From assembly GCA_963846575.1 (NCBI GenBank), contig CAWJWJ010000002.1, positions 96,001 through 160,000 of the forward strand: a DNA stretch of 64,000 nucleotides, written 5' to 3'. Both the position numbers and the translations under genes were made by a program. This DNA comes from an uncultured Nitrospiraceae bacterium (GTDB lineage: Bacteria; Nitrospirota; Nitrospiria; Nitrospirales; Nitrospiraceae). Positions 42,710 to 50,702 of this stretch are shown piece by piece; positions within the stretch are counted from its first letter, which is position 1; every line of letters begins with the position of its first letter. Below the pieces are notes generated by a model. That model searched no databases and was not told the DNA's origin. It worked only from the letters and a program-made list of their open reading frames with translations.

Positions 42710-42753
42710 CTGAGCAACTTTGACCAGCCAGGCTGCGGCTCAAGGCGTAGCAT
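42710..42753 (+). promoter_or_regulatory. Operator plus -10 (copy 3)
   Basis: CTGAGCAACTTTGACCAG-N20-TAGCAT. Confidence 0.65.
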
Positions 42754-42944
42754 AGGGGGGTGGGAGAGCCCGCCTTGCTCTCGGAATGAGACCCACCCCG
42801 AGTCTTTTACGCAGCCGATTTCATCAGGCTCCGCAAGAACGCAACAGGACAGGGCAAGCCGGGTCTCAGATCCGGAGAGGTGGCTGATGATGGGGCGCGG
42901 AGCATGCTCGAAATCATACCCGGCTCTGAGAGGGAGATGCAGCG

Positions 42945-43148
42945 ATGACACTCGACCGTTCTATCGGTGATCGGATCTTCGAGTCGATCCGCAAGGCTCC
43001 GGGATGTCGTATGGACGACTTGGTGGCCCTCTTTCCAGACTTAACGTGGAACCAAGTGCTCGGTGAAGTGAATCAATTGCGCTTGGGCCATCGGTTACTG
43101 ATGATCGCGAACGGGCAAGGATCCTTTGTGGTGTGCCCGACGGGCTAG
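42945..43148 (+). CDS. Small hypothetical protein (wHTH-like)
   Basis: 67-aa ORF with RBS; PDLTWNQV. Confidence 0.55.
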   Translation: MTLDRSIGDRIFESIRKAPGCRMDDLVALFPDLTWNQVLGEVNQLRLGHRLLMIANGQGSFVVCPTG

Positions 43149-43317
43149 GCCGGATCCGTGCGAATCCGCCCCCCAGTGCCGCTTGTCGTGAGTCACGCTT
43201 TCTGTAGCAGGGGAACGTATGCTTGGACAATCTTGATGCAAAGAGTGTGTTTATTCGTTTCATGGAATGGCCCGCTATGAAATGCGAACCTTGCGGCCAC
43301 AAATTGAGGTGCACGTT

Positions 43318-43617
43318 ATGAAAACGCCTGTATATGTAAACCGCTCACTGCTGTGCTCGGCAGTGTTTTTCCTCGCCTCATTCCTGTCGCCGGTCTTCAC
43401 CCACGCGGAGGAGACTACGCATATGAAAGGCGCCATGATTACCGCACCTACGGACAAGGAAAGGGATGTGGCATCGGGCGCTGTGGAGGACACGCTGAAG
43501 GCCTGTCTGGCGAGAATTCCAGAGAAGGCAAGTGTGGGGCAACGCATGCTGGCGGAACGCACCTGTCAAGGAGAAGAGGGGATCAGAAGGACAACTCACG
43601 GCGCCGCGCAGTTCTGA
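43318..43617 (+). CDS. Small secreted hypothetical protein
   Basis: Signal peptide; two Cys in the mature part. Confidence 0.6.
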   Translation: MKTPVYVNRSLLCSAVFFLASFLSPVFTHAEETTHMKGAMITAPTDKERDVASGAVEDTLKACLARIPEKASVGQRMLAERTCQGEEGIRRTTHGAAQF

Positions 43618-43660
43618 TAAGCGGTGCCCTCCGGAACAGCCATTTCCAAAGGAGTACGCG

Positions 43661-43906
43661 ATGATACAAGAACAGTTTCAGCAATTCTGGATACAGCTCA
43701 AAGCTCCCTTGAAAGCCAAGTGGGAGAAAATAACTGATGCCGATCTCGAGGAGATCCAGGGGAATCTCGCGACGTTTACCGACATTGTTCTCAAGCGCTA
43801 TGGGGATACGCATAAGGACGACGTGAGCACCTGGGTCAACCGCCGGTATTCGCATTGGACGGGAAACTATCTCGGCTACAAAGACCCGGAGCTGGCCGCC
43901 TCGTAA
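43661..43906 (+). CDS. CsbD-like stress protein
   Basis: WIQLK...KWEKITDADLEEIQG...KRYG. Confidence 0.7.
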   Translation: MIQEQFQQFWIQLKAPLKAKWEKITDADLEEIQGNLATFTDIVLKRYGDTHKDDVSTWVNRRYSHWTGNYLGYKDPELAAS

Positions 43907-43987
43907 CCCTCGGCCCTGTCGACAGAGTCGCGCAGCTTGTGATCACTGCTCACGCGTTCGCGTGAGAAAGAGAAAGAGAGTCGGTAT

Positions 43988-44332
43988 ATGGCTAAGATTG
44001 TCATCAATAAAAGTTACGACCGGTTCTGCGTGAGTTATAAGGCTTTCCTTCGGCTGCGGGAGTTAGGACAGCCGGATGCCTTACAGGAAACGGATCACGG
44101 GGCCTACTGGCCTGCGGCCGCCGGTCCGCATGAGCCAAGCCTCAATCGATGCGGAATCCTTATTCCTCGCGATGACCAACGGCTGGTTCAAGTGGTTGAG
44201 GAGTTGCGCGGAGAGGCTAACGGGCACTGTGCAGAACTCAAGGTCGTGACCATCCCCGACGACGTGGAGTGGGTCGTGCTGAAAAAAGATGGTACCGAAC
44301 ATGTCACCGAACAACACCGCACCTGGAGCTGA
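43988..44332 (+). CDS. Hypothetical protein
   Basis: 114-aa ORF; KIVINK...RDDQRLVQVVEEL...IPDDVEW. Confidence 0.7.
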   Translation: MAKIVINKSYDRFCVSYKAFLRLRELGQPDALQETDHGAYWPAAAGPHEPSLNRCGILIPRDDQRLVQVVEELRGEANGHCAELKVVTIPDDVEWVVLKKDGTEHVTEQHRTWS

Positions 44333-44473
44333 ACGTTATGACGTGATCAAGACGGTCGTTCCTATCGCTGGCGTGAATAGCACGGATGGCCCTGTGATCG
44401 GCCGGCCGTTTGTTGGTGCTACTGGTACAAACCAGTTCCTCTCGGCCGCAATCATAATGTTCCTTGATGTCCA

Positions 44474-44722
44474 ATGCGGGCGACCATTCTCATGGAGGAC
44501 GGCATGAAGACGACACCGCAGACATATGTACTGACATTGCATTCGCCTTCCCGCAGCGCACTTCGGATCTGGACGGGGAAGAACGTCCACCAGCTCCGTC
44601 ACTGTTCGGCCAAACGAATCGGCCAGGTGTTGGAAGAGATGCAGGAACATCTGAACGATCTCCGGAATTCGCTCGGGCCCGCGGTCCCCGAAGGATCCAA
44701 TTCCCTAAACCGCGGACGTTAA
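44474..44722 (+). CDS. Hypothetical protein
   Basis: Short ORF; a GGAGG RBS suggests a later start. Confidence 0.45.
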   Translation: MRATILMEDGMKTTPQTYVLTLHSPSRSALRIWTGKNVHQLRHCSAKRIGQVLEEMQEHLNDLRNSLGPAVPEGSNSLNRGR

Positions 44723-44861
44723 TATCGAATTGGTAACACATATTCCACCCACCGTGAAATGACGCCGGGCGACGCTGTGCTTTTAGGGGTGCCACAATCG
44801 GACGATGACCATCGGTACGTGCAGCGGTAGGCCAGTTGATTTGGGGTTGACCCCAAAACCG

Positions 44862-44880
44862 TGTGCTAAATTTGTGCTAA
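44862..44880. repeat. TGTGCTAAATTTGTGCTAA, putative arm-type site pair (right)
   Basis: Identical to 33293-33311. Confidence 0.75.
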
Positions 44881-44954
44881 AAGTTTTCTGAATCCATCAA
44901 TCCCACTCGAATCTATCGATTCCCTAGAATGCGCCCATGTCTTTGTTTCTATGA

Positions 44955-46247
44955 TTAAAATGGGGAAACCATTTGAAACACCGAGCATTTTAAAAACTGT
45001 CCTGTCCTGATTCGTAAACCGCAGGTCGGTGGTTCGATTCCACTCGCCGGCTCCAGAAATATCCCCGACGAATCAACCTGTTGGCGGTTTACGACACCGC
45101 TGCTCTCACCCCTCAATTCTGCCAGTGTAACCGCGAGTGTAACCGTCTGGTTCTCGAAGTAGGCCGACAGGGATCGTGCGGCCTGTTCGAGGTCCCGTTC
45201 GTTCACGATGTTGTACCGGTCAAACACACTCCGGGTTTTGTGGCCAGAAATGGCCATGGCGACCTTTTCCGGTACCCCAGCCCTGACCATGTTCCGCACA
45301 GCCGTCCGTCGAAAGTCGTGTGGAATTCTTCCATCCCAGACGAGCCGCTTTTTCTTCTCATCCATCACCATCCGTCCTAGACCGACCGCCTCACAGGCTT
45401 TACGCCAAGAGCGTTTCAGGCACTGGAGGCGAATGCCGCCTCGATGGCAGATCCAAGAACAGGCCGGCCATTTGTACTCGCAGCGCGTTTTCCAGGCCAG
45501 CAGGACTCTATACAGGTCTCCGGTCAGATAGAGCACCCGTGGTGTCTTAGTCTTGGTGTCTTCAGCCTGGAGGAAGAGTTTGCCTTCCGTCCAGTTAATC
45601 TGTCGCCATTGCAGCGAACAGACTTCACCCATTCTCATGCCGCTGTAGTAGGCCAGCGTGGCTGCCACCTGGGCATAGTCGGGTAGGGCACCACGGAGCG
45701 CCAGGAAATCCTCATGCTCGAAGAAGCCGGAACGGATGTTGTGCTCCTTGAGCTGGGGAATATGAGGAATTCGGGCGACGAGTTGCGGAGTTTGTTGGGA
45801 ACCTAATCGGAACATCCGCTTGAGGAATCCAATCTCTCTGTTGATGGTTCCATTCGCCGCCCCCTGGTCCTGCCGCTTGATGATGTAGGCGTTTATTCGT
45901 TCAGTGGTCATGGTTGAGACTCGGCATCTCCGAAAATGCGGTTCGAGATGCTTTTGATATTCTGTGATCCGTCTGAGTGTCTTCCGCCTATTCATCCGAT
46001 AATCTTGCTCGACCAACGCAGAGAGATCTTCGAAGTACACCCGATCCATACTCGGACCACGATAGCGCCCTGAAGCAATTTCGCCCTCCTTGATCTTTAA
46101 AACCCGCTTCGCGCTGTCTTTATCAAAGGTCTTGGTGCTTTCCTGAATCGGTCGGCCCTCAATGTAATATTTCATCCAATATGGGCCCTGTTCTTCCAAA
46201 GTCCCCGTCGTCGGGTCGCGTTTCTTGCGACGATAAATCATGCCCAT
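44955..46247 (-). CDS. Tyrosine integrase (element 2); reads through the att core
   Basis: YSGMR, PHDFRR, ISGH, FDRY; C-terminal EPASGIEPPTCGLR is the antisense of the tRNA 3' half. Confidence 0.93.
   Translation of the reverse strand: MGMIYRRKKRDPTTGTLEEQGPYWMKYYIEGRPIQESTKTFDKDSAKRVLKIKEGEIASGRYRGPSMDRVYFEDLSALVEQDYRMNRRKTLRRITEYQKHLEPHFRRCRVSTMTTERINAYIIKRQDQGAANGTINREIGFLKRMFRLGSQQTPQLVARIPHIPQLKEHNIRSGFFEHEDFLALRGALPDYAQVAATLAYYSGMRMGEVCSLQWRQINWTEGKLFLQAEDTKTKTPRVLYLTGDLYRVLLAWKTRCEYKWPACSWICHRGGIRLQCLKRSWRKACEAVGLGRMVMDEKKKRLVWDGRIPHDFRRTAVRNMVRAGVPEKVAMAISGHKTRSVFDRYNIVNERDLEQAARSLSAYFENQTVTLAVTLAELRGESSGVVNRQQVDSSGIFLEPASGIEPPTCGLRIRTGQFLKCSVFQMVSPF
45011..45055 (+). repeat. att core copy 2 (3' half of tRNA-Thr); junction of elements 1 and 2
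   Basis: 45/45 identical to 33203-33247. Confidence 0.95.
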
Positions 46248-46437
46248 GATGTCCCCCCTGTTTGTTGTTTTCGATGAACCGATCCATATCGTAAATATCG
46301 AACAAGACTCGTCGGCCTTGCCGTACACAGGGCAGCTTGCTGGACCAATTGAGATGCCGGACCGCCCACTGGCTGACTCCGAGATATCGAGCCGCCTCCC
46401 TGACTGAATACAACCGTTTAAAAACTTGCTCTGACAT
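46159..46437 (-). CDS. Excisionase-like HTH protein
   Basis: RLYSVREAARYLGVS...LPCVRQGRRVLFD. Confidence 0.85.
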   Translation of the reverse strand: MSEQVFKRLYSVREAARYLGVSQWAVRHLNWSSKLPCVRQGRRVLFDIYDMDRFIENNKQGGHHGHDLSSQETRPDDGDFGRTGPILDEILH

Positions 46438-46442
46438 TTGCT

Positions 46443-47273
46443 TCACCCCCTTTCATTTAGAAATGACTGTCTTTGCGCCGAAGGTGGGTACCTTCTCACG
46501 CCTTCGACTTGGATTTTTTGATCTCTGGGGGAGTCATGAGCACGCCTTTGCCCTTCGGTCCAGCACGAACTCAAGCTTTTCCGTGGCACCTTGACGCCTA
46601 ACGAGCAAAAGTATCGATGCTCTTCAAACTCACGCGGCATATTGTCGAAATCCTTACTGATGTATTTCGACAGGTAGCGGGCGAGCTTGACGGGTGAACT
46701 TCCTGGACGTGGCCCTCTCACGTTCACTTGCCCCTGGCCGTTTCCCACGATCTTGTACCAGCATCGTCGAAGGAGCCGAACATCCTGAAAGCCTTTCACT
46801 GCGAGATGCGGATGCAGCGCCCCACGCTGTTGCCGTTCCAGGACCGCCACATAGGGCATGGAACAGCCGGACCGTGAGAGCGCCCGACGTAGTCGCTCCA
46901 GATCGTGTAAGACACGGTCTCGATCCTCCACATTCGCTCGATAGGTCAAGGTCACGAGATGGTCGGCTCCGATGGTCAGGCATTTCTTGCGAATCGTGCC
47001 TTTGGCCCGGCCTCGTGCTCGAGCCTCGTTCATCTTTCTATTCCGTGATGCGCCTTTCTCTCCTCTCTTGCCTTGAATCGGGTCTAACCTTCCCCAAGAC
47101 ATTTCGACCCATTGTTTTCCGAAATCATGAATCGTGATGGACCAGACGTTCCCTGCGGGAGGTAGTGTGATGTGAGGCCATGTGTGGTCGCCGAGAAATG
47201 TCCTCCTGTCAAGTTTAGGAGATGGCCGCTCGCGCGGCTCCCGTGCGCGGGTGGCTTGCGCCACCCCGCGCAC
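46443..47273 (-). CDS. HUH-superfamily rolling-circle replication initiator
   Basis: Motif I LVTLTY, motif II ERQQRGALHPHL, motif III YLSKYISK. Start and C-terminus uncertain. Confidence 0.82.
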   Translation of the reverse strand: MRGVAQATRAREPRERPSPKLDRRTFLGDHTWPHITLPPAGNVWSITIHDFGKQWVEMSWGRLDPIQGKRGEKGASRNRKMNEARARGRAKGTIRKKCLTIGADHLVTLTYRANVEDRDRVLHDLERLRRALSRSGCSMPYVAVLERQQRGALHPHLAVKGFQDVRLLRRCWYKIVGNGQGQVNVRGPRPGSSPVKLARYLSKYISKDFDNMPREFEEHRYFCSLGVKVPRKSLSSCWTEGQRRAHDSPRDQKIQVEGVRRYPPSAQRQSFLNERG

Positions 47274-47320
47274 CGGCGTCCTGCTTACGGGTTCCTGCTA
47301 TTTGGACTGAGCGGCTTATC

Positions 47321-47374
47321 TTGACAGGACACGTGGAACCTCCTAGCCTTATACTGACTAACCGGTTAGTCAGT
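47321..47374 (+). promoter_or_regulatory. TA promoter with a 22-bp palindromic operator
   Basis: TTGACA-N17-TAGCCT, then perfect palindrome ACTGACTAACCGGTTAGTCAGT (47353-47374). Confidence 0.6.
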
Positions 47375-47386
47375 GAGGAACTCGTC

Positions 47387-47608
47387 ATGGATGATCGTAT
47401 CGTTGTTGATTCCAAAGTCTGCAGCGGGAAGCCCACGATTCGGGGCACCCGCATTATGGTGACGAACATTCTCGGCATGGTGGCCGGCGGCTATACCGTG
47501 GCCCGAATCATCGACGCGTATCCCGAATTGACCAACGACGATGTCACTGCCGCGCTTGAATATGCCAGCCAGGTGATTGACGAAGAGAAAGTCATTCCGC
47601 GTGCCTGA
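47387..47608 (+). CDS. DUF433 protein (putative antitoxin)
   Basis: GKPTIRGTRI...YPELTNDDVTAALEYA. Confidence 0.9.
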   Translation: MDDRIVVDSKVCSGKPTIRGTRIMVTNILGMVAGGYTVARIIDAYPELTNDDVTAALEYASQVIDEEKVIPRA

Positions 47609-47980
47609 CCGCCTGACCATTCTTCTCGACCAAAATGTTCCCCAAGCCGTCGTTTCATGGCTGAAGCTGTTGAAGCCGACGTGGGCCGTCTTCCACACCG
47701 GCGATGTGGGATTGTCCGGGAAGGCTGATGAAGAGGTCTTCGTCTGGGCCAGGAACAGGCCGCCGTCATCGTGACCTTCGATGAAGACTTCGCCGATGGC
47801 CGTTCCTTTCCGGCACAGCGCCACCATGGCATTGTGCGCCTTCGGGTCTGGCCGACGACGATTGAAGAAACCCAGCAGGCACTGGGGCGGTTGGTCAGTG
47901 AGGTGACCGAGGACGAATTGACCCACTCCCTCATCATCGTAGACCGCTCTCGAATCCGTGTTCGAACCCGACCCCAATAG
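47601..47980 (+). CDS. DUF5615 PIN-like putative toxin (frameshift near 47750)
   Basis: LLDQNVP, DEEVF, TFDEDF, HHGIVRLR; one base missing at tgggcc-aggaa. Confidence 0.8.
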
Positions 47981-48163
47981 GCTGCACGCCCCGCAAAAAC
48001 GGGACGTGCAGTGTAACCAAAAGTGTAACCGTCGCGACCCTTTTTCGCGGTTTTGGTCGCAACTCCACGCAACACAACACAATCACCTAACCCAATGGTG
48101 GATCAGGGTCTTCTGTGTGTTTTAGTGGTGTGGAATAAGGGGGAGAAATTGCTTCGGGACCGC

Positions 48164-48208
48164 TTCGTAAACCGCAGGTCGGTGGTTCGATTCCACTCGC
48201 CGGCTCCA
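48164..48208 (+). repeat. att core copy 3 (3' half of tRNA-Thr)
   Basis: 45/45 identical to 33203-33247. Confidence 0.95.
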
Positions 48209-48626
48209 GTGCAAGTGCCTGAATAAGGGCTCTTCCCGTCGAGAGTCCCTACCAGTCCTCCGGCAAACATCGCGTTTGCTCGCATTTTCCGCGTTTCCTG
48301 CACGATCAAGTCGACCGAGAGCGCCCGCGCAGATGTCTCACGAACCCCGATTAATCGTACGGATACTCGGGACCAACAGATTTCGAAGCTATGTCAAGGC
48401 AGCCTGGAGCAAGCGCTATTCTGCTGTAAGCGTGAGCCGCGTCGCGGTTACGGTGGCATCTAGGATATGTCGAGACGCGAAAAGCGGAGCTATGATCGGA
48501 GGGAACAGCGTGGCCAGTTCTTCAAATACCCTGCGCGGGAGGCTCACAGGGCTCGCTGAGCCGGTACTGCGCCACAGGCCCATGAAATGCACACACTGCA
48601 GGTGCTCGCGGACCGGGCACGCTCGG

Positions 48627-49070
48627 TCAATTGTGCCGCAGGGAAGCGGAACTACTGTTGTTTGTCGATTGCTTTCCACACTTGGCGATTAACGGCTTGG
48701 TCTGCTCCAGGTAGTACGCTGCATTGGCAGATGGCATGGACCGTGACTCAATGAGCAGCTCCTTGGGCCGGGTTTCCGTGAACACGATCTCCGCAAGCGG
48801 CGAGGGGGTGGGGGTGAAAGGACCCGATGGGGAATGGCTGATGAGGAGGGATGTATGACTCCCCTCGGTCGTCACCCGGAACGTGTCTGGCCAAGCGTCC
48901 GCGGTTTCCTCCAGCCGGAGCATGACGCAATTAGCCGTCGACTCATGCCGTCCTGACACGTTGGCGAGGATCATGAGCGGCGATTCGCGGAACTCTTTGA
49001 TGGTCACGGCGCAGCCACACACCAACGGGAAGCCCACCAATCCGAGCAGCAACTGGACATAGGTACGCAT
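48627..49070 (-). CDS. Hypothetical lipoprotein
   Basis: Hydrophobic N-terminus with LVCGC. Confidence 0.6.
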   Translation of the reverse strand: MRTYVQLLLGLVGFPLVCGCAVTIKEFRESPLMILANVSGRHESTANCVMLRLEETADAWPDTFRVTTEGSHTSLLISHSPSGPFTPTPSPLAEIVFTETRPKELLIESRSMPSANAAYYLEQTKPLIAKCGKQSTNNSSSASLRHN

Positions 49071-49090
49071 TGACAGTGCGGCAACGGAGC

Positions 49091-49618
49091 CTAGTCCCTA
49101 TCTTTTTCGTCTTGAGAATCCCAAGACCCATCTTGCCTTATTCCAGATCCCCCAAGCGCCAACTCTTGTTGTCGCTCCAGAAGAGGACGACCTACGCTCG
49201 TTCTGCCGACAAGTGTTCCTTCGATAAGATCGGCCACGGCAGTTGCTCGCGACAGACCCGAGTGCAATGCGACCCCCGTACAAGCCGTGACCTCCCCGCG
49301 CAATGCCTTCTCGATCAACTCCGTAAGAATTTCGACTTGCTCGTTTTGGCTCAACGGGCAGGGTACATTTTCGGCGGTCAGTTCCTTCAGTCGTCCCACA
49401 AGAAGCTGACGATATTGTACGTGGGTCTTCGAGCCGCACTCCGCGATGGTCTCTTCCAGTCTCTCATCCGCTCCGTCCTGTGCGGGAAACATCGCGTGTC
49501 GGTGGAAATGCTCGTGGGACGTCCCCCAACCGCATACAGGGCAGACGTAGTCAGCGGTGAGGCAGACTCCGCCCACTGTCTCAAGCTGGATATCGTGATC
49601 GAAATGGGAATCGTGCAT
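49091..49618 (-). CDS. Hypothetical protein (possibly degenerate)
   Basis: 175-aa ORF with CPVC; no family recognised. Confidence 0.3.
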   Translation of the reverse strand: MHDSHFDHDIQLETVGGVCLTADYVCPVCGWGTSHEHFHRHAMFPAQDGADERLEETIAECGSKTHVQYRQLLVGRLKELTAENVPCPLSQNEQVEILTELIEKALRGEVTACTGVALHSGLSRATAVADLIEGTLVGRTSVGRPLLERQQELALGGSGIRQDGSWDSQDEKDRD

Positions 49619-49796
49619 ACGGAACCATTTAAAGTGAGACTGCCGCCTTGAGAACTAGTTGAACCCCTAGTCCTCCTAGCTGAGATTCACCGGGCTTCGG
49701 AACGGCGGCCTCTCGGGTGCTCCTCCGTGCCCCGGCGCTGCCGACATGTTCCCGTCCCAGCAGTGCCTCTCAAATATGGGACTTGAAACCTGTGCG

Positions 49797-50702
49797 TCAG
49801 AGCTTACCTCGGAGGCTGTCGACAATGGCCTGAATGGTGAGCGGCGCATTCCCTTCCGCCCGATTGTTGACCAGGACATAGGCCCGGATCTTCTGCGTAA
49901 TCGCCTCGCCGACCAGTGACACGGTCTGCGCTCGCATCTCGGGGAGTATCTCGACAATCCTGGTATAGGGCGCGGCCCGTTTCTTTGCCGCCTCATAGGA
50001 CATCCTTAAAGGCGTCAGCAGACGGAGCACGGTAAACGGCGCGGTAAACGATTCCAGGCGCTGATGCTGGTCAGCCAGTCCGGGCATGTAGCTCCAGTGG
50101 TTATAGACATGGGCGAGACTGTGCCTGGCGAGGAGCGCGTGATAGTCGGTACCGAGCAAGCCGGCATTGCGAATCTCCACCGCGTAGGCAAAATCCTTGG
50201 GAAGCAGACCAAAGAACGTATCCAGCCTGCCCAGGAATTCGCTGGCCGGCATCCCGTGCCGCTGAAACTCAAAGAGAAACGGACCGGTGTGCGGCCCGAA
50301 CTGCGCGTCTCGATAGGGCTGGAGCACCAGTTTCAGAAAGGCGTCGGCGTTGAGAAAATTCGGATTCGGCTGCCCGGCCCGGCTGCCGTAGCGGGCGTGC
50401 ATGGCATAGGTGGGGATGGTGAGTTCTTCCCAAACCTTGAAGCACATTTCAAAGTCTTCGGGCATCTGACTGAGATAGCGGACCAGTTGTCCGCTGGTGG
50501 GGGGGCGGTAGAAGGTCGAGTCATTACCCACCGTGCGAAAGAGCGGCTGGCCCTGGTACAGGTACTGGCAGAACTCGCCCAGGCATTCACGGGTAAACCC
50601 TGTCCTGCTGTACTGCCGCTGATAGACCTGGCCCTGCCAGCCTTCGTAGGTCCAGGTGGAAGTGCCGAAACGGATAAGCGGCGAGACTGTGCCCTCACTC
50701 AT
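49797..50702 (-). CDS. DUF72 family protein
   Basis: FGTSTWTYEGW, DSTFYRPP, YAVEIRN, VNNRAEGNAP. Confidence 0.88.
   Translation of the reverse strand: MSEGTVSPLIRFGTSTWTYEGWQGQVYQRQYSRTGFTRECLGEFCQYLYQGQPLFRTVGNDSTFYRPPTSGQLVRYLSQMPEDFEMCFKVWEELTIPTYAMHARYGSRAGQPNPNFLNADAFLKLVLQPYRDAQFGPHTGPFLFEFQRHGMPASEFLGRLDTFFGLLPKDFAYAVEIRNAGLLGTDYHALLARHSLAHVYNHWSYMPGLADQHQRLESFTAPFTVLRLLTPLRMSYEAAKKRAAPYTRIVEILPEMRAQTVSLVGEAITQKIRAYVLVNNRAEGNAPLTIQAIVDSLRGKL

Larger units (their letters stand above)
33203..45055. mobile_element. Integrative element 1 (about 11.8 kb): integrase, Xis, Rep_trans, RHH and cargo
   Basis: Identical 45-bp direct repeats at 33203-33247 and 45011-45055; integrase next to the tRNA. 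Confidence 0.9.
45011..48208. mobile_element. Integrative element 2 (about 3.2 kb): integrase, Xis, HUH Rep and a TA pair
   Basis: 45-bp direct repeats at both ends; paired AGTGTAACC repeats near both ends. Confidence 0.9.

Noticed and set aside
45011..48208. Extra tRNA genes at 45011 and 48164
   Set aside because: Only the 3' 45 nt are present; these are att sites.
33203..48208. Complete prophage, inovirus or ICE
   Set aside because: No capsid, Zot/pI, terminase or type IV secretion genes recognisable.
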